64,000 bases of DNA, from contig NW_002060954.1 in the NCBI RefSeq assembly GCF_000150275.1, forward strand, positions 744,001-808,000, read 5' to 3'. This DNA is from Trichoplax adhaerens. Its lineage: Eukaryota > Animalia > Placozoa. The notes beneath the pieces were generated by a model. The model was given only the letters and a program-made list of their open reading frames with translations, did not search any database and was not told the origin of the DNA. Of the stretch, positions 38,835 to 55,844 are shown piece by piece. The translations under genes were made by a program, and so were the position numbers. Positions within the stretch are counted from its first letter, which is position 1, and each line of letters begins with the position of its first letter.

Positions 38835-40066
38835 AGTAAGTCAAAATTTTGACAACTTCAACAGCGTACGGTACTACCTATCGGTTAACTTGTTCTCTCT
38901 ACTATTGGTATTTTCTTTACTTTATATCATTAACCTGTGCCACAACCAGTGGGCAAAGGAAAAGCAAGGTAAGATTGTTTTTTATCTCTCATTTAGACCT
39001 AGAGATGACTTGATAATTTTCCTGTACTATATTCGTCATACCTGAGCATACCGTACAGTACTGTGTAACGTATGCAAGCTGCTGTACCATGAGATACAGT
39101 TGTGCATAATGAACTACGCGTAATGTGGTATTGCAATAAACGATCTACGAAGTTACAGCAAGTATTTATCTAGCTATAATCTGTTTTACCTGGTTACCGG
39201 TTATTGCTCTGTCAACAAGTCTTATATACTGCAAAAAACGTCAATTACAGTATCAAATACCGGGGATGTCCTTGTAATTATTTGTGCACACGTACAGTAA
39301 TAACATACGCCAATTCTAACACTTATTATCAATGAATGTGAAGATTTAACGAAATGATTGCATTAATAGTGAAATCTTGGAAAATTCATCCTTGATTTAA
39401 GACTATGTTATTATTAGTCATAATTAGGTTTTCTCTACTTATAATTATTACCAAAAAATCTAAGGCATATGCAACGGTTTAATGTAGCAGTTATTTTACG
39501 CCTTTAATACACTTGTATTTGCATTTGTACCGTAGTATTCGCAATTATATAATATAATTAATCAAACCGTGGTATTTATGTGCATTAAATCATTTTATAG
39601 ATAATTAATTAAATTTTTCAATACGAATTGAGAAAGTAAACCTTTCTCTCACTTTTCTATAGAACTATAATTGTCAGATTAATGAGTGCTGCTGGTACTG
39701 GATTCTTTTATACAATGAGGAGGCCAAGGACAAGAGATAAGATGATACTTCGTAAATACGATCCGATAGGTGAGAAAGATCGCATAATTATATAATTAGT
39801 CAATGTTATTGAGTTACACCCTAGCATCAGCATTTATCTTTTGTGATGTTTAGTGGTAGCCTTCTATTAAACAATAATATAGTTAATATTTATTTACACT
39901 AGTTTATTCTAAGGGGTTTAGTGACGAATTTTTAGAATCGATGTCTACCATAAGTTCATAACTATATGTTATGCCTAACAATATTCCCTTCTTATGCTCT
40001 ATTTAAAATTTGTTTATTTCTGTAGTTAAGCAGCATGTCCTCTTTGTAGAAACTAAGAAGAAATAA
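38835..40066 (+). CDS. MRPL33: Mitochondrial ribosomal protein L33 (bL33m); exons ...38835, 38950-38968, 39663-39769, 40026-40066; absent from the ORF track
   Basis: Spliced [55 protein letters not shown] carries the L33 signature SxAGTGxxY..KYDP.V..HVLFxE. The exact start is uncertain. Confidence 0.92.
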
Positions 40067-40744
40067 TATGGGATACTTGATATAATTGAGCAAATGCCTT
40101 ACGTGCCGTATATAGCACAAAATTAGCTGTCCTTACCAGCAAAGAGAGGAAATACCTCATATTTCTTCTTACTCTAATAGCTTGTATTGTATTGCCTGTC
40201 ACTAAGGCATATTAGGTGAGCAATTAAAGCTGCCAGTATCACTCAGTTTCATGTGATATAGTTATCGCCAAGATTGTATATTAGCAAACAGCATTTTGTA
40301 TTACGATTTTTCGAAGAATTGTCAAATGACCAAATTAATATCTTCGTTAAATTGAATTTGCACAATTAATAAAGATCCGTATTTAAAATATATCTAAATT
40401 TTATGAGTTAAATCAGCAAAAATCGCTTGATCTTGTTAAGACAACAGATGTAAATTAAACAAAGCGATATAAATTAGCTGTAATTTATACATTCTGAGTA
40501 TGATAATATACTGTGAAAGCGCAATGTTTCATATACGTACTTTTGTATATGTTCGTTTTAACATAGGAAAAGGCTATATCATAACGCGACTCTTCTATTA
40601 TGATCAGTCAGAATCGATACCATTGAACATCCACAGCAGTAACTTTACTATTAATAGATCAAGAAATAAGTTCTACTGTTGCTTTTGTACTGCAGTAACA
40701 CGAGATCACTTTAGTCATTTCGATGTCGATGTTATAATTCGCAG

Positions 40745-43259
<2,515 letters not shown>

Positions 43260-43327
43260 GCAAATTGAGTCACTAAATACAGTAATTTAAAATAAGGAAC
43301 GAAGAACAAAAGTCCTTGCAGTGTAGA

Positions 43328-44170
43328 TGTACTTTTAGATACTGTACTGTACTGTACCTCTAGGCGGGCCTCTACTGTACCGTACACAGGTCTAGTGTAC
43401 TGTACAGTACTGTACGGTACAGTCGCAAATACACATCGTAAATATAGTACAGTACAGTACTGTACAGTATGACAACTATACTGTACACTGTACAGTAGAT
43501 CATACGAGTATATTCTTTATGGTTAATAATATCTCAGTTGAGAGAGGGGGTAACCAATGATTCAAACAACCTTCGCTATACTTTACTGTACTCGTACTGA
43601 TATGGTCTTCTGTACAGTGTACAGTACAGAAGACCACAGGTTCTGTACTGAACCGTACAGTACATTTGTTCTGTGCAGTATTGTACGTCACACCGGTCCC
43701 TAATGAGTATGACGTGGCCTGAAGCATAAGCGAATGACTAATGACGCATCGCATTATGGATGATCGTATGTTTAGTATTTTTACGGTCACCGTACAAGAG
43801 GTTTAGTATGTACTGTACTAAATATGATACTGAATCTATATACAGTACAGTACATTATGCACTTCTACAGTATCATACTGCACTGTACTGTCTCGCATGG
43901 CAAATTCAGTTTAAATTTACCTCGCTAACGTCATTTTTCCCCAATTTTAGTTTCTGAATGGGCAGTACTGTATGTACTGTTCAGTACAGGACTACTGTAG
44001 CACCAGCCATGCTGTCACTTAAGGCACTGTCTGTACAAATGCATTACAGTATCTGCCCAGTATAGTATTTTACTGTTATTTACATTTCGTTATCGTCAAG
44101 TTCAAGTTTCAATCAGCCACTCACCCTGTGCTACAGTGATCCGCCAGTTGGATTCTGTACTGTACTGTAG
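43328..44170. repeat. GTAC-phased island in the RBKS/atlastin bidirectional promoter
   Basis: actgtactgtactgtacc, gtgtactgtacagtactgtacggtacagt, gtacagtacagtactgtacagt, actgtacactgtacagt; decays toward 44170. Confidence 0.9.
43710..43717 (+). promoter_or_regulatory. UPRE-like XBP1/ATF6-family site TGACGTGG
   Basis: Exact match to the UPRE core, upstream of an ER-shaping gene; a CRE-like TGACGCA lies at 43742. Confidence 0.35.
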
Positions 44171-45146
44171 ATATAGAATCAGTGAATAAATAAAATCTGA
44201 AGCAGACGATGATAAAATCGGACACCCACTTTTAATCGTAAAGTGTAAACAGTAAGTAGTTACTGCTTCATCAATCGTTTTCGGTGTAGTAAAATTCGTC
44301 ATAGCATCACCATATTTCATTTATCCAACTTTAATTACTTCATCCATCCTTGCTCCTATCAACAATCATCGATTGATTGATTGGATTGATCGTAACATCC
44401 ACCACCCGGTAGGTAACCTCGTTTTTGATATTAGAAAACGCACTAGCCAAACAAGGTAGTTGACTAAATTGACTGTGTCACGTATAGAATTTGAAACGTT
44501 ATACTGCATCAACGTCCACTGTGCAGCATGTTACAAATCGTGTACTAGACTTGGAGAATTTTCTAACCTATAAATATTGCTTAAGTTAGTCGTATGATAG
44601 ATTTCACTGTACAGGACATCGACTAGGTCTACTATTATTTTACTGGCAGTCTCTGATGAGAATAAATTCGTCATCTTTGGGTTACGCTTGCTTTTAGATT
44701 ATAGTAGTCGTTCATCCTGAAAAAGATAACGGTGTTTAGTACTGGATTATGTAATGTACATTATACAGTCTACATTTAGGTTGATCATAGTCTTGTAATA
44801 TGGAATAAAAGAATGCTGCACGTAGAACTACTCTAGTTACTGTCCGTAGTTCTACATGTTCTATTGCGATCACACTAACATCACAAATGTGAAGATGAAT
44901 ATTATATCAAATTGACTACCCCATTTTCCTTCTTGATTTATACACTGCCTATTAGTTAATGTGTCTTAAAACTATTTTATCCTTGATCTTTCAATCGATC
45001 AGTCCAATCCGATCGACGACACTATAGTCATTACAACGGAAAAATCGCTACTTGTAGCTATCGACTTTCCTTTTCAACTTCCTACACTTGGCAACCACTG
45101 CTCTTCAACGTATAGACTTAACAGTTTGTCTCAGTAGTCTCACAAT

Positions 45147-48100
45147 ATGGTTAACGAAAGCCTCGAATCGAAGGAGAATAACGGTAAGACTGAATATACT
45201 AGTATAGACCATTATTTGTAAAAGTTTCGTTATTTGATTGAAGATTTAATTTTGCTATTTGGATATTGCAAGTCGTTTTAAATATCATCAGTGAATGTTA
45301 ACGTGTTGCATACTGCAATAAGGATGGAATATGAGTAATCCATTTCTAAATCTGATCTTTCTCTATTAATAAATTATTCATGTACGCGAAGTATACTTTC
45401 CTTAATTGCGAGCTTCGATTTTTACTGATTTACCTTGCTATATACTGTATAATTGCATATCATGACGATGAAGTAATACTGACGTAGAGAATATATTACT
45501 TTAACGTAAAACAAAGATATAAATACTATTTATGGTGCAGAAAATCGACTTTTGCTTCGATTAATCTCTCTACGATAGTAGTTCTATAATAACCGTAGAT
45601 TGTTATCAGAGATCTATGCATATATATACAATACAGTATTTTGATGCTTAATCCTTTCATTAAATACATATTCATAGTACTGTATGTTATATGTATAATA
45701 CTGTATTTAAAAATCACACAAGTTGAATTCCTTTTTTATGGACCGCACTTACCCTTTTTAAGTAAATTAAAAAGAATGAATTACGGTAACAGTCCCCTAA
45801 ATTAAGTATTTACGGCTAACACAATAATCCTGTATTTGCCCATCAGATTTAAAGAAACCACGATTATATCTAACATATAAATTATACTATTAATCAAATA
45901 CTGTATAAATGACACAAAAATAGCAACTTACTTCCATGTTACAATGATTCTCGTATTCTTCTGAAAAAGATGAAGCAAATACAGTATTACTTGTGCATTA
46001 CCGGCGTATATCTGGATTTTTATTTTTTTGGTTCCGGCGAAACAGCTATTATTGTAATGTTTGATGATATTTTCGACTTTCACATTTTATGAATGCAATA
46101 GTGAGAACCAAAGTTTCAGTACTCTAACTAGAACAAACGGTATCGCAATACTGTATTGCTCATCGTTACACCCCTAAAAGTACATGCATAGTAGTGGTTA
46201 ATAACTCTAAAAATGCACCCTTGCGTGCAATTGTGCATCGTATGGAGATTTTCGAGAGAATACGTAGTCTAACATCTGAGAACTCCTTCTTTAATGTTGA
46301 TATTATTTTAAAATGGTAAACGAGAGTACACTCACTTATTATGTTCGCTGTTACTCCTTCAATTAATTACCAGGAACTTCTTACGTGCAAATTTCACAGT
46401 TGCAATTGAATTTCTTTCATCATCTACTCCGACCGTTAGTTGTCTCTAATAATCTTCACATCAAATACTGCACAGTAGGTATCTGCGGTACTGTACGTGT
46501 ATAACGTCTGATTATAATTAGTGTTAATAAAGATTTAGCAGATTCAGCAGCATGGTGTGCTTATTGGTTGAATGATACTGTACTTTATTGCCATATTTTC
46601 TGTTATAGACCGTTATTATTAACATTAATCGGTTGACGCAAATCATTACAGATTGTCCTAACATATATTGTAGAACATACAGTATTATTTGAGTAATTAC
46701 AAGTACTGAGTATTCTTTTTTTTTCATCATTATTTATTGATTCACGTATCAGATTATGATAATATCATGATACTCATTCTATACACGAGAACTAAAAATG
46801 ATGTAACAATTGAACATTTGCAAATTTTGACTGGTAGTAGTTTTATAGCGCATTTGTTTTGAGTCGTACCACTACATCAATATCTGATTTTGAATGCTTT
46901 ACCGTAGACTGTATACAAAGTTTGAGTTCTACTGTACTGTATTGTACAGTATATCGAAGCGCTTTGCAACCACTAATCTTTAATTTGAAATGACAATACG
47001 GTTCTAGTCAAGTTGGTAGGAACTGAAAATCCGTAAAGTGCTACAGAAATTGACGTACCCTGTTCAATGCATAGTACTGTATAGGACTCGTTTCTAATAC
47101 GACATGAACCATCATCATTTTATTAAATATAATATATCACCCGTTGATACTATTAGAACCTTTGGCTTACGTAAATTGCTTACTATTATACTCTAAGGTC
47201 TGTGTAACAGCGATTGATACATTTAAACAATACAAGAAAAGAATTCCAGCAGTAGTCTCCCATGGATCTATGTAATTGCACAATATTTATTTGAGATATG
47301 ATAATTAAACCTGACTCGACATCGCTAATAATGAAGATCCAGCGCCTTTTACTCATACTGAATACGCCTGCTTAAGAAAGTGTTATATGTGTCGGATTTT
47401 AAATACAGTAGATACTTAAAAAGCCTAAATAACAGCACCTTCTGTCAACTCCCGTGATGCGTCATTGATAAGGATAGTGATTGAAAATAACGATTTGTTA
47501 AGCTGCAGATTTATCAGTTTCCTAACTACAGGATAACTAGTAATAAATCCTATGTTTTACCACATAAATATCTATTGCATAGCATCAGTACACGTCAGAC
47601 ACTTGACTTTACAAATATTCCCTATATTTTAATCGATATTTAATTGCTTTCTCGTAATTTGAGAAATAATTCAATACTTTGTTAATATCAGGATAAATTA
47701 CGTATTATACTACGGTATTGTGTAAAAATTTATGTTATCCAATGAAAGTTTTGTTAATGGTCCTCAAGGATACGAAAGAGCATCGTGCTTAACGATTTAA
47801 TTGTAGTCAAGGAATCGGAATGTTATTTATCTACCTTAAGTAATAACCTATAAAAATTACAGTAAAGTAAGAATAAATAACAATAAAATTAAATCTAAAG
47901 TTTTATTGGAAAATTATTGATCCTAAAGAATGAGTAACACTATACGTAATAATTTATATATAAATTATTCTAACCGTCTCATTTCGTGCCTGTTATGTGT
48001 ACAATATATTTAATTTTAACTCATCAAATTACTTTCTGTTCGACGAATTCACTAAATCTATCGTACAGTGTAGATATCAACCTAATAAAAATAAAAATAT

Positions 48101-51100
48101 GAAATTGAAGACGCTACAGTTATCTAAGACGTGCAATAATAAATTTTCTCCCTTTCGATCATAAATATTGCGATCAATCTATAGCATCTAATGATTAGAA
48201 AACTGCATAACATTCTTTCTGCTTATAAATAAATGCAGTATGCATACATTCGAGAAGGATTTTCTCGGAAATTTGTAAATGTATCCTACAACCATCATGA
48301 TATCATCGTTACCAACTCATGAGATCATTTACTAGATAGATTTTATTTATCGGTGCTAACTTGTTTTTGTGACACTAAAGTTTAGTTTTTATACTCTATA
48401 GACCAGGCTGGTAAAACAGTGCAAATTAATGGCAATGGTCATGAGAAAAATCATGATGCTGAAGATAACGGTCATCATGGCAAGCCGGTACAAATTGTCA
48501 TAAGTGAATCCGAACACAGTTTTCGCTTAAATGAGACTGCTCTTGAAAATATACTACTCCAAAGCGACATTCAAAATAAGAAAGTAGTTGTGATATCCGT
48601 TGCAGGAGCCTATCGGAAAGGCAAATCGTTTTTACTGGATTTCTTCCTCAGATACTTAGAAAGAAATGTAAGCTAATCGTCATGTATTACTTAGTAATTG
48701 CCAATATATAGTTAGCCTAATTTTGCTAGCAAATATATTACGAGGAATATCAATTGATCATTCACTGCCTACCTAAAGCGTTGAAACAGAGTATTCTTCA
48801 AGTAACTCTAAATGGTCAAAATGATGCTGATAGTCAAATTAAATCCTTGTGCATTAGGTTGCATACTTTAAGCCGAGTATTAAAATACTACATGTAAATG
48901 AGTCATTCAGTGTATTGATCAGTAATCAATTGTTTACTTCGAGTTTTTAACGTCCTGCAATAATTTTGCATAGTGCTATAACTACTATTGAAGTTGTTTT
49001 GAAATATCATTCTCTCTGTTAATTTTAAATAGATACACACCAATAAAATTTTATAGTTCTGATCTGAAAATACAATATTACGAAATCAAAAAACAACAAT
49101 ATTAATCATTGTGACTTCTAATTGAATTGTAGCAACCTTACTAACAATTATGGCGTATTAAACGTATTCTATTTATTAATATCAAACAGAATGATAAAAC
49201 GACTGACGACTGGCTAGGTAAGGACGATGAGGTTCTTACTGGCTTTCCTTGGCGAGGTGGTTCTCAACGTGAAACTACTGGTATATTATTATGGGATAAA
49301 CCATTTCTGTGCGAATTACCCGACGGAGAAGAAGTATGTTTTTCTACGTTACTATGAAAAATGTCACCAAGGAGGTGCAAATTTCATCAATTGTGTATGC
49401 GAATTTTTAATAAGCTCTCTTGAAATGAATACAGTAGTTGTGTGAGCATTCAAACTACAAATATGTACATACGAAGAGTATATCCATTCATTGTTATATC
49501 TACGGGTATATTATTTTTAACGATTACTGAATAATTACGATGTACGGCCTCATTACATTATATCTTTATTAATGAATCATAATTATGATTGCTCTCGTAA
49601 TTTCTGGAATGTAGCCTACTATTTTTGTGTAAATTTCATTTTCCCTTTTTTATCTTATTTACAACGGCGAAAATTTTCGTATATTTTATACTACTATTAG
49701 GTTGTTGTATTGATAATGGATACACAGGGTGCATTTGATAAACAATCTACGATTAAGGATTGTGCAGTTATTTTTGCCCTAAGCACGATGATAAGTTCGG
49801 TCCAGGTAATTGATCATTCTATTTACTGAGAGAATGTTATTCGTAAGATAACATTTAAGTAATTTAACGCCAAACTTAGTGATTTTATCAAATTTTTTAA
49901 CTTATCACATAGATCTATAACATTTCACAAAATATCCAGGAAGACCATCTACAACACTTACAGGTTAAAATAAATTTATTGATTTAAATTAATAGTGAAT
50001 TTAACTACAAAATGGGGAGTTACTCTTAAATCTAAGCTGTGCTTCAAAAACATAATAGTCGTATTATTTACGTTATCATTTGATCTAACAGATATTTACG
50101 GAGTACGGACGTGTAGCTTTAGAAGATAATAACTGTAAACCATTTCAGGTAATATCTATAAACAAAATTACCCTAAATCTATGCATACATCAGCTTCAAT
50201 TAGATTACTCTGTAATTTATATTGCGTTGCTCCTGAAACGTTAAGGTCTTGCAATTTCTGGTAAGGGACTGGAGTTACCCTTACGAGTATCCATATGGCG
50301 AAAAAGGTGGTGCAGATTTATTAAAGGAAAGATTAGAGGTAAACTATTGAAGTCCCTAATCATGAAGTCACTCATATCATATAAATATTTCAAACTACCA
50401 TTATTACAATTACTTATCTTTTAATCATTTTCGTAGCTCGTAGTTAAACTCCATATTATACATCCTTGCACTTTAGATATCACCTGAGCAACATGAAGAA
50501 TTACGACAGCTTCGGCAGCATATTCACTCGTGCTATGAACAACTGAATTGCTTCTTAATGCCTCATCCTGGATTTGTTGTCTCAACAAATCCAAATTTTA
50601 AGGGTCGTTTATCAGGTAATTTAATACGGTATCTTCTTAATAGAATGGTAAATTTTCATGACGATATCAAATGTAGCTCATTTGATTATCAAATTATTCC
50701 AAAAAATAATTGTTAGATATCCAGCCTGAGTTCCGAGATTGTGTAAAATCACTAGTGGGTTCAATTCTTGCTCCTGAAAACTTGATCGTTAAGAAGATCA
50801 GCGGATGTAAACTTACATGTAAAGATCTTCTAAACTACTTTAAGGTAAATTGATGTGCAATAAAATTGAATCTTTCTAAGTAAGCTTTACCTATTGAAAA
50901 GTCTTTGATGTTCTGCTGTGACACCTAGAACTGCTTATCTAGTACATACAAGAAAAAATAAAATTTAAACTATGTTTCTCTTGTCTTATACATACTTATC
51001 ATATCCCTTATCACATATACGTGAATAAAATCGATAAAGCTGTCAGCACCATTTGAAGTTGATGGCTATTGTTGCTTTTACTATTATATTCGTGTAATGT

Positions 51101-52282
51101 CTTCGTAATTTACTTGCGAGGGTACCTAAATGGCTAATTCTGATATTTCTTTCGAATTTTTTCTATAGGCATATATGGAAATTTATCAGGGCGATGGCCT
51201 CCCTGATCCCAAATCCATGTTCCAGGTTTATTGATACAGCAATATTATCTTTTTTGAACTCTTGCATCAATAAATGGTGTTGTCGTTATCAGTAGCATAC
51301 ATTTTACCCTTTTGTAATTCTGTTTTAAATATAACACTTACCAAAATTAGGCAACCGCAGAGGCTAGTAATGTAACTGCCTATGGTAAAGCCAAAGAATA
51401 CTATTCGAAAGAAATGGATAAGGTATGGATAATATTTACTATGTCCCTAAGTAGCTTACAGCTATTTATTAATTTAAGAGGTTAATCACTTCTAGATTTG
51501 CGGCCCAAGCTCTCCTTTTATGAAGTTAGAAATACTTAAAAGTAAGCATGAAGATATTAAAGTGGAATCTATAAAGCAATTTAAAACCGTACGAAAGATG
51601 GGTGGAGATGCTTATAGTCAAAAGTATTTAGAAAAATTAACCAAAGAAATTGATGAGGCTTTCGAAAGATATGAAGTAGAAAATGAAAGTAAAAATGTTC
51701 TGAACATCTTTCGCACACCGATAACGTTAGCGGTGATGATGGTAGTTCTATACCTATTATCCGGAATACTGGAATTTGCCGCGTTAAGGATGCTATCGAA
51801 CTTAGTTGATTTATGCACAACCTTAGTCTTTTTCGCTATCAGTTTATGGTCTTACATAAGATATACTGGTAAATATACCGCAGTTGGTGGAAAAATTGAT
51901 GACGTTGCTAATGCTATTTGGGAACAAGTGAGTTCATTTTAATATTTTAGTATACATAAGTTATTACATTTTTTTGGAATATGGTATACTGTAAATGTAA
52001 GAAAATGGTAAACATTTTACCTAGTAGACTCTATACAAGGACTATTAATTATAACTTTAATCGTAAAAGGTCACAGTTATAATATGTTTAGGTATTATAA
52101 ACTACCATAACCTATATGCGAATAGTTATTCATTGTTACTTAAGGCCCTAGAATTATTATTAATTAATTATCCTTCATTGACTGCACTTCTACTTTAGGC
52201 TCTTGAAAGTGTTATGACATTTTTGGCCCAGAAAAGTACAGAGGCTTTAACAAAGAACATTCAAACGAAAAAAAATCAATAG
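45147..52282 (+). CDS. ATL: Atlastin, ER membrane-fusion GTPase; multi-exon with a ~3.2-kb first coding intron
   Basis: [25 protein letters not shown] (P-loop), [71 protein letters not shown] followed by two TM segments; stop at 52280-52282. The first exon (45147-45183) is less certain. Confidence 0.95.
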
Positions 52283-54124
52283 CAATAATATATTGTTCAC
52301 TAATCACGGAAACGCTAGAAATTTTAACTCCTTAAATTTATGTCAGAATATTATTGCTTATTTCTCTGTATTTACACCGGAGATAATATATGATTACTTA
52401 AATCTGATGAAATATAGCAGCATCCAGTATCGATAGACTGATGATACCCTTATATCTGCGTTGGAATTGAAAGACTTACTGTACCTTTAGCTTCAATAAC
52501 TTTACTAATTATCGTCAGTTTCATAACCAAAACGATATTATAAGTACAGTATAAATATGAAATACGAAAGAATTATATTCGCTCCTGTCATTATCAGTAG
52601 TCTTGCCCTGGTGACACGCTCATTAAGTGTAAACGTATTATCATCCGTACATCGAGCTACGAGAATATATCATGCTTATTTTTGCTATACTGGCTGTGTA
52701 CAAGATTCTACTTTTAATATACCGATGGTTCGGTATTGCTACCGTCTTTGTTCTTATAGAAATTTCATGTCTAGTACTACAGATGATAGATATAAATTCT
52801 TTCACGTTGAATGTTATCCAAAATAATTTGATATGCTTTATACATACGAGTATATAACAGTTATTATAACTGCTTAAATTTTGCTAGTTCTATAGCTTAT
52901 ATAATCGAGGAGTTTTTATGTGTTTGTTTTTAGGTGTAAAGCTCTGAACATCTCTATTTGCTGTATCGCCATGTTTTGAAGTAACTTTGCTAAAAATTTA
53001 AACTTATAGCCTATTTTTGCAAATCGATTCTTCTATAGTTTAACGGAAAAAACCTACCTCAGTATCACCTCGATTACACAAAGGATAAAAAAAACATCGA
53101 AATTTATGATAGGCTAATACTGCGAACTATATTATAATATAATAGCATTTTATACTGCCGTAATAATTACGGTATACTATACTAATAATTACAATGTACT
53201 ATCATAATATCTTACGGACGTAAAATAATTTATTGTGTGTTTGTATGTACTATTAGAAATACGATGATAGTTAGATATGTCATCTTTATTAAATAAGAAA
53301 TTTATATGTCATAAAACCATTAATAGTAATTTTTAGTACGGTAAATCGTAAAACTAACTAGTACCTAAATACGAATTAATGGTGAGAATCGCAGTAGTGC
53401 AATATAAAGGATGCAATATATGAACATATGATATTATAGAACTGTAATAAAGTTGTAGATTTAATTGAAATCTTAATTTATGAATAAGGATCAGTCACAA
53501 ATTTTTGTAGACAGTGGCTGTTATATGTTATAAATAATTGCCTTTCTCAGTTACGATTAATTATAATTATTATATCATGTAAATTACAAAAGGAGGTCTA
53601 CTACAATATAGCAATCGCAATAATAGTTAAAATGATATGTACGTACAACGTTATTAATGGTGAGATCTTACTGTTTAGTATACACTTCTTACACATAAAC
53701 GTATTGCATAATATAATAGTCTTATTATACACAATGAACAAGACATCAAGTAATCGCTTTTACGCTGATACCTTACTTTAAGTGCATATTTAAAAAGCAT
53801 TAAAAACGAACCTTGTAGTACGAATATCAAAATTATAAAACCGGACGTTACGATCTAATGTGGGTTATCGAATTAAAAAAATAATACAGGAATTGAACTA
53901 TGGTGCAGCACAGTATGTGAACATAAAACCCGTTTATATTTATAATCGTGAATTTATGATACAATGTTTAGTATAAAATTGCATATTTACCATTTATCAC
54001 TGTCAACCTTTACAACGGATTCTAAACATACTAATGTAGCGTTTTAAATTTGATTAAAACAGGAACTACAATACCGACTATTTCATAAGTATATTAATTA
54101 CCGCACTCGAGCGTATCGAGTACA

Positions 54125-55776
54125 TTATGTTTTGTTACCAAACATAGCTGCATACATCCGTCTTTCAACCTGTTCGCCCACTTTTTCCTTGTTCCCTAGC
54201 CTTGATAAAGCTTTCTGTATATTATGATCTAGAGATACGTATACATATTACACGAATCTTTTTACGACGTCTGGTAAGAAAGTATACGGTATTCTGTATG
54301 ATACAAGTAAATGTACTTATTTTGCTCAATAGTAAGACTAGCTACGTGAAATTTATGCAACGGGAATCGTGTATGATCAATTTAAAAATTCAGCAAATTA
54401 CCATGCGGTTGCAGCGCAGATGCTTTTCGTAAGTCTTTTCCGGCTTTGTCTATATTTCCTATTTCTAAATATGCCAGACCTCTCCTATATATCGCTTTAC
54501 AATTATTCGATTCCAGCATCAACGCCTAAAATATGGAATGAGCCTACTATAACCAACATTGACATACCATGTAAATTAAATTGTACACAGTAATCATTTA
54601 AGATCAAACATTTGCAATAACCATTTTACTTATTAGTAATTCAATATTGTAATAGATTCTACTGTACTTATGAGATTTATAATCAGTTGGCATTCTCATC
54701 CAGATTAAGTTAATATTTGTAATTACTGCAAACCTCGTCGCAATGAGAAATAGCTCTCTCCCATTTATTTTGCTTAATTAGACAAACTATAAAAGGAAAT
54801 AAAATAGGTAAAAATTTTCTATAATACTGATCGAAAATTCAAATCAATCTTCAGCACAGATAATGCTTTATATAGCAATATTATGTCGGGAGATCAAATA
54901 TAATCATTGTACATGCTATCTTAATTTATTAATTTATTCCCACTAATAGTGAGAGTTCCTACGTAGGAATGAATACTCTAGAATACCAGTGTTTTTAGCT
55001 GTCACTTATATAAGTATGTAGTAGTTAAATAACTTTACAGTCACCATTTGAAAGATATACTGGCGATAAGTTTACACCAAAAAATTGCACCTTGCTGCAA
55101 AGTTATATACTGTACGCAATCCAAGATTTATTCAATAACATACTGTAGTATGGTAGATTCTACTGGTGCAGTAGTATTATTTCTGCAGTAACAGTATACA
55201 GTACAGTACAGTACAAGGAACATGTCGTTTTGAAGCTTAGTTCTAGATTAGTCTATTTACCTTGAATAATTCACTGTTCATAATGGACAAACATTGCTGA
55301 CAATCCCTAAACAACAGTGATAATCTAGTACTGTAATTTATGCCTTGACTTTCCAGTGCTACTCCGTATCCTACTCTATGTACATTGATCAATTACTTAA
55401 ATGCATGTGAAACTGAATTTTACTACATTTCAATTTAACTGGCTGATCATATTCTCATATATTTTTACAGTCAACTGCATTATACAATGGCGAAATATAC
55501 CATACATTAATATCATCAACCTGCTAAGTTGTTATGAAGACTTAATTTGATCGATTGAGCTTCCTCTTTGATCTGTTCTTCCTTGGAATTGGCTCTATGT
55601 TGCGCAGCGTTATCACCGACTAACATTCCTAGCTCTTTCATGGTAGACTTGGATAAGATGCCTTTAACACAGAGTAGAGCATGGTGGTAAGATCGAATTG
55701 CGCTAATGAAATCGCCGTTCTTAAAAGCATCATTGCCGGTATCCTTATGATCATTAGCAAGTTTGATTTTATCCAT
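54125..55776 (-). CDS. TTC9C: Tetratricopeptide repeat protein, TTC9 family (4 exons)
   Basis: KDTGNDAFKNGDFISAIRSYHHALLCVKG...LHNNLAVCLIKQNKWERAISHCDEAL..NCKAIYRRGLAYLEIGNIDKA..D.NIQKAL..ERRMYAAMFG. Confidence 0.85.
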
Positions 55777-55844
55777 GATGGCCGTTGAAATATTTGCAGT
55801 TCTACTACTACAGTCAATTAGAATACTGTAATACGAATCGATTC

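Noticed and set aside
52557-52857. ORFs downstream of atlastin
   Set aside because: They lie in the probable 3'UTR or intergenic gap between convergent ATL and TTC9C, with no coding hallmarks.
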